This document shows positions 61,016 to 64,000 of a stretch of DNA of 64,000 nt, in pieces. The notes under the pieces are model-generated. The model was not told the origin of the DNA, searched no databases, and saw nothing but the letters and a program-made list of their open reading frames with translations. The DNA is from Antechinus flavipes (Eukaryota). The position numbers and the translations under genes were made by a program. The DNA lies in contig NC_067401.1 in the NCBI RefSeq assembly GCF_016432865.1, positions 185,566,001 through 185,630,000 of the forward strand. The letters are read 5' to 3'. Each line of letters opens with the position of its first letter. Position 1 is the first letter of the stretch.

Positions 61016-63443
61016 TCAGAGTGTGTGGAGATCATGGCTGCGTCGGCTCAACTTCTCTGGATCATCAGAAGCCATGAGGGAGAAGTCTCGGAAAATGTCC
61101 AGATATGTCTCATCTCCTGCAGTAAGGGAGATGGGAGGGAAGAGAGAGAAGCTGGAGGCTTCTTTGAAATTTCTGAGGAGTAGAACTGGGGTATATCTAG
61201 GGGGCAGGCAGCCAAAAACCTTGATTCACAAAAGGCATAGGGTTCAAAGGAGAAATATACACAGTTCTGAGAGTTAGATAGCTCACCTGCCTGCCCTTGG
61301 GCCACTTCAACCTCTCTCATCTTGGCCAAACGTAACCTAAAGCAGAAGGATAGGAATTTAAGCCCACTCCCTCCCTAATTCCCATTCTCCTAATTCTTCA
61401 GTTTAGGCCACAGGCCTGAATTCAGACACTCTTTGCTTTCCTCAGAGCCTGCTCCTTTTCCTGAGCTGGGATTTGTCTTATCCTATCCTCTGGTCTTTTG
61501 CTATCCATTGCCAGTCCTGCACACCTGCATTCCTCTAAGTTCCAGATGTTTAAACACTCTTTCCAGTACCTCAGGGAGTCAACAGGTTCAAAACTGAATT
61601 CTTCCTGAAACCAACCTCTTTCTCTGACAACTCATCCATTTTGTAATATCTGTGTCATTTCAACATTCCTCTCCCCAACCCTACCCATACTCACACTCTA
61701 TCAATAAATTGCCAAGTCCTGTAGCTTCCTCCAGTTAACTATCTTTCCAATGTACTGTCATCCCCTAGCTCTTGACCCATTTATCTTGGGCCTGGGCTAC
61801 CATCTACCATAATAATTCTTTTGTCCCTTTCTCAGGCCTCTATTTTCCAGATTATGCACAGAATAAACTTCCCAGGCAGCTAGATGATCCAATGGATAGA
61901 GCACCCGCCTTAAATTAGGAAGTCCCCGAGTTCAAATCCAGCCTCAGACAATACTTCTAGGGGTATCCTGAGTAAGTCACTTAACCCCAACTGCCTCAAA
62001 AATAAAATTAAGAAAATGACAAGAAAAGCTTCCCTAAACATTTCAATTGTTTCCCACTGTTTCATGACAAAATTCTCAGTTGCATAGCCTGCCATTCCTA
62101 GCCTCCAGCAATCAAATCCTAACCTACCTTCCTAGATTTCTATTCTATTGCACTTAATTTCATGGTTCTCCACAGATGCCTTTCCTGTCTCTGGGTCAAG
62201 GACTTCATTTACCTGATGTTTTCTTTTCCTGTATATTTATTAAATGAAATCCTAACCACTCATAAAGGCCCACTTTATTGAAGGCCATATTCTCTGAAGA
62301 TCCCAACACTTCCCCATTCTTCCCCTTCTCCCAAATTAGGAGTGACTTCATCCTCTTCTAAAACCCTGGAGCATTTTCTTTAACTTCCAGTTTTGTACTA
62401 ATGAAAAACTATACTTTGGAGTCAGGAGACCAACTAGGTTCTAGTCCAGGTTGGGCAGGTCAGTTCAGTTTTCTGAGTTTCTTACCTGTAAAATTAGGGA
62501 CACATTGTCTAAGTGGGTGGTGTGAGGGACAAGAGAAGCAACTAAGAAATGGATTTGTAAATTGTAAATTGTTCCTAGCATATTGCTGCCTTCCTCCGAC
62601 AGAAAACCATTTGTGGAATAGGTTAAAAGCTCAGAATACATTGTGGTGGAATTGAAATCAAAATCTGGCTGTGTTCCAGGATCCCTACTCAGATACCACT
62701 AAACTGTTCTGAGCCTATTTCCTCATCTGTAAAATAAGGGGGTGGATATGATGATCTTTAAAGATCTCATTCTTTTTGCTCCTCTTGGTTCCCCTTTTTC
62801 TCTCCCCATAAACTTCTTTCTAGTGTAGTGTTTTTGTTATTGTAACATTCAAATGTTTATTGAACTAAAATGATATGCTTATATGTCTTATCTTTTCTTC
62901 TGAGCAGCTCCACTTTTCCCTATTTTCTTCCTCAAAACTCTGACTACATGGATCCCTTAAATCTGGTCTTTAAGCATCAGTTCTACTCTCTTTTCAGGCT
63001 CCAGTTCTTGACACCATTCCAGTAATCTGCCCTCTGACTTTGGTCATGCTTTTTCCCAGAGCCATCCTCAACTTCATGGGACTTACAGAGTGACAATATC
63101 TGCATTGGTAGTCTCCATGGCAATAGTCAGAGGGTCTTTCCCTTCAGAATCCTGAGCTCTAAGGTCTGCCCCTCGCTTTAGGAACAGACAGGCCAAGCTG
63201 AAGGAAAGGAACAAAGATTCAGATCATTCATTGCCCCACTCTAACCCTCCCTCCCAGCCCTTTCATTTCTTAGCTGTCCACTCCCTTCCATCTGTCCTTT
63301 CTTCCTTTGGAGACCCGGGTGTCTTTGCTATACCCAGTGTAGCCAAGTATAGTGGCATGGTGGAGGGGGCTCCTTCCCATGTTGTCAGCCTGGTTCACAC
63401 TTGCTCCATTCTGGAGAAGAAATTCACAAGCAAGCAGAGAGTT
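61016..63443 (-). CDS. ACAP1: ACAP1 (ArfGAP with coiled-coil, ankyrin repeat and PH domains 1), last four coding exons: complement(join(61016..61116,61287..61336,63087..63197,63334..63443)); 5' part continues beyond the window
   Basis: NSLLACEFLLQNGASVNQAD..LHHATILGYTG/LACLFLKRGADL..DPLTIAMETTNADIVTL/LRLAKMREVEVAQGQA/GDETYLDIFRDFSLMASDDPEKLSRRSHDLHTL*; GT-AG introns with consistent phases. Confidence 0.96.
61520..62330 (+). mobile_element. LINE2 fragment in an ACAP1 intron, interrupted by a CORE-SINE at about 61874-62005
   Basis: aacaggttcaaaactgaattc (L2 motif); SINE ggcagctagatgatccaatggatagagcacc...ctgagtaagtcacttaacccc. Confidence 0.65.
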
Positions 63444-64000
63444 CTGGGGGGGAAAAAGAGAAGTAAAATGGGTAAAAAGGATAACATCAGATAGGAGATT
63501 GGGGAGAGGGAGTGTGGGAAAGGGATCGGAGATGGAGATAGTAGGGGAGAAGTTGGAGAGAGGAAAGGTTGGACTACTAGCTGTATCCAGAATTTGTTAT
63601 GTCTTCTCTTGCCTCCATGCATGTCTACAAATTTATCCTCCATCCCTGAAATGCTTTTCCTACTAAATCCGAATTTTCTCAAATCTTTTTTTTTTTTTTT
63701 AATTTTAAGGCTCAGTTCAATTGGCAACAGAGTTCAGTTCAAAAAGCAACAGAGCTAGAGGACAGAGCTTGGAGAAACAATAAGAATTGTTATTTAGAAA
63801 ATTATTTTTAAAAACTCTAATGCTCCTTTCTTAGGAAATTTTCACTGAAGAGAGATGTCCTCAAATATTAGAGACAGGGTTTGTTGTCATTTCAGTCCTG
63901 ACTTTACATGAACACATTTGGAGTTTTCTTGGCAAAGATATTAGATTTTACAGATAAGAAACTAAGGCAAATAAGAGTCCCACAGTTAGTATTTCAAGGC

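Overview
Eukaryotic (mammalian) genomic DNA, most likely from a dasyurid marsupial. This call rests on the marsupial-type L1 3' UTRs, tRNA-derived CORE-SINEs, RTE-tailed SINEs and the divergence of the proteins; the species cannot be fixed from sequence alone. The window is syntenic to human 17p13.1 in reverse orientation: [NLGN2 5' region, inferred by synteny only] - TMEM256(+) - PLSCR3(+) - TNK1(-, decayed) - about 27 kb repeat-rich interval - TMEM95(-) - KCTD11(-) - ACAP1 3' end(-). TMEM256 (113 aa), PLSCR3 (287 aa), TMEM95 (176 aa) and KCTD11 were reconstructed with intact frames, GT-AG introns where spliced; the last four ACAP1 exons are also intact. Main discovery: TNK1, invisible in the ORF track, survives only as a heavily disrupted pseudogene at its syntenic position (stops, frameshifts, HRD to YDD, SH3 apparently deleted). 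Other highlights: KCTD11 keeps the mammalian AUU start behind about 1 kb of AUG-free sequence but also has an in-frame AUG 5 codons downstream; TMEM95 carries Thr at the position of human egg-binding Arg73; a double RFX X-box/E-box module; an L1 with a probable 3' transduction; nested L1s; solo LTRs. Human reference proteins were compared from memory, not by database search. No rRNA, tRNA or CRISPR features were found.
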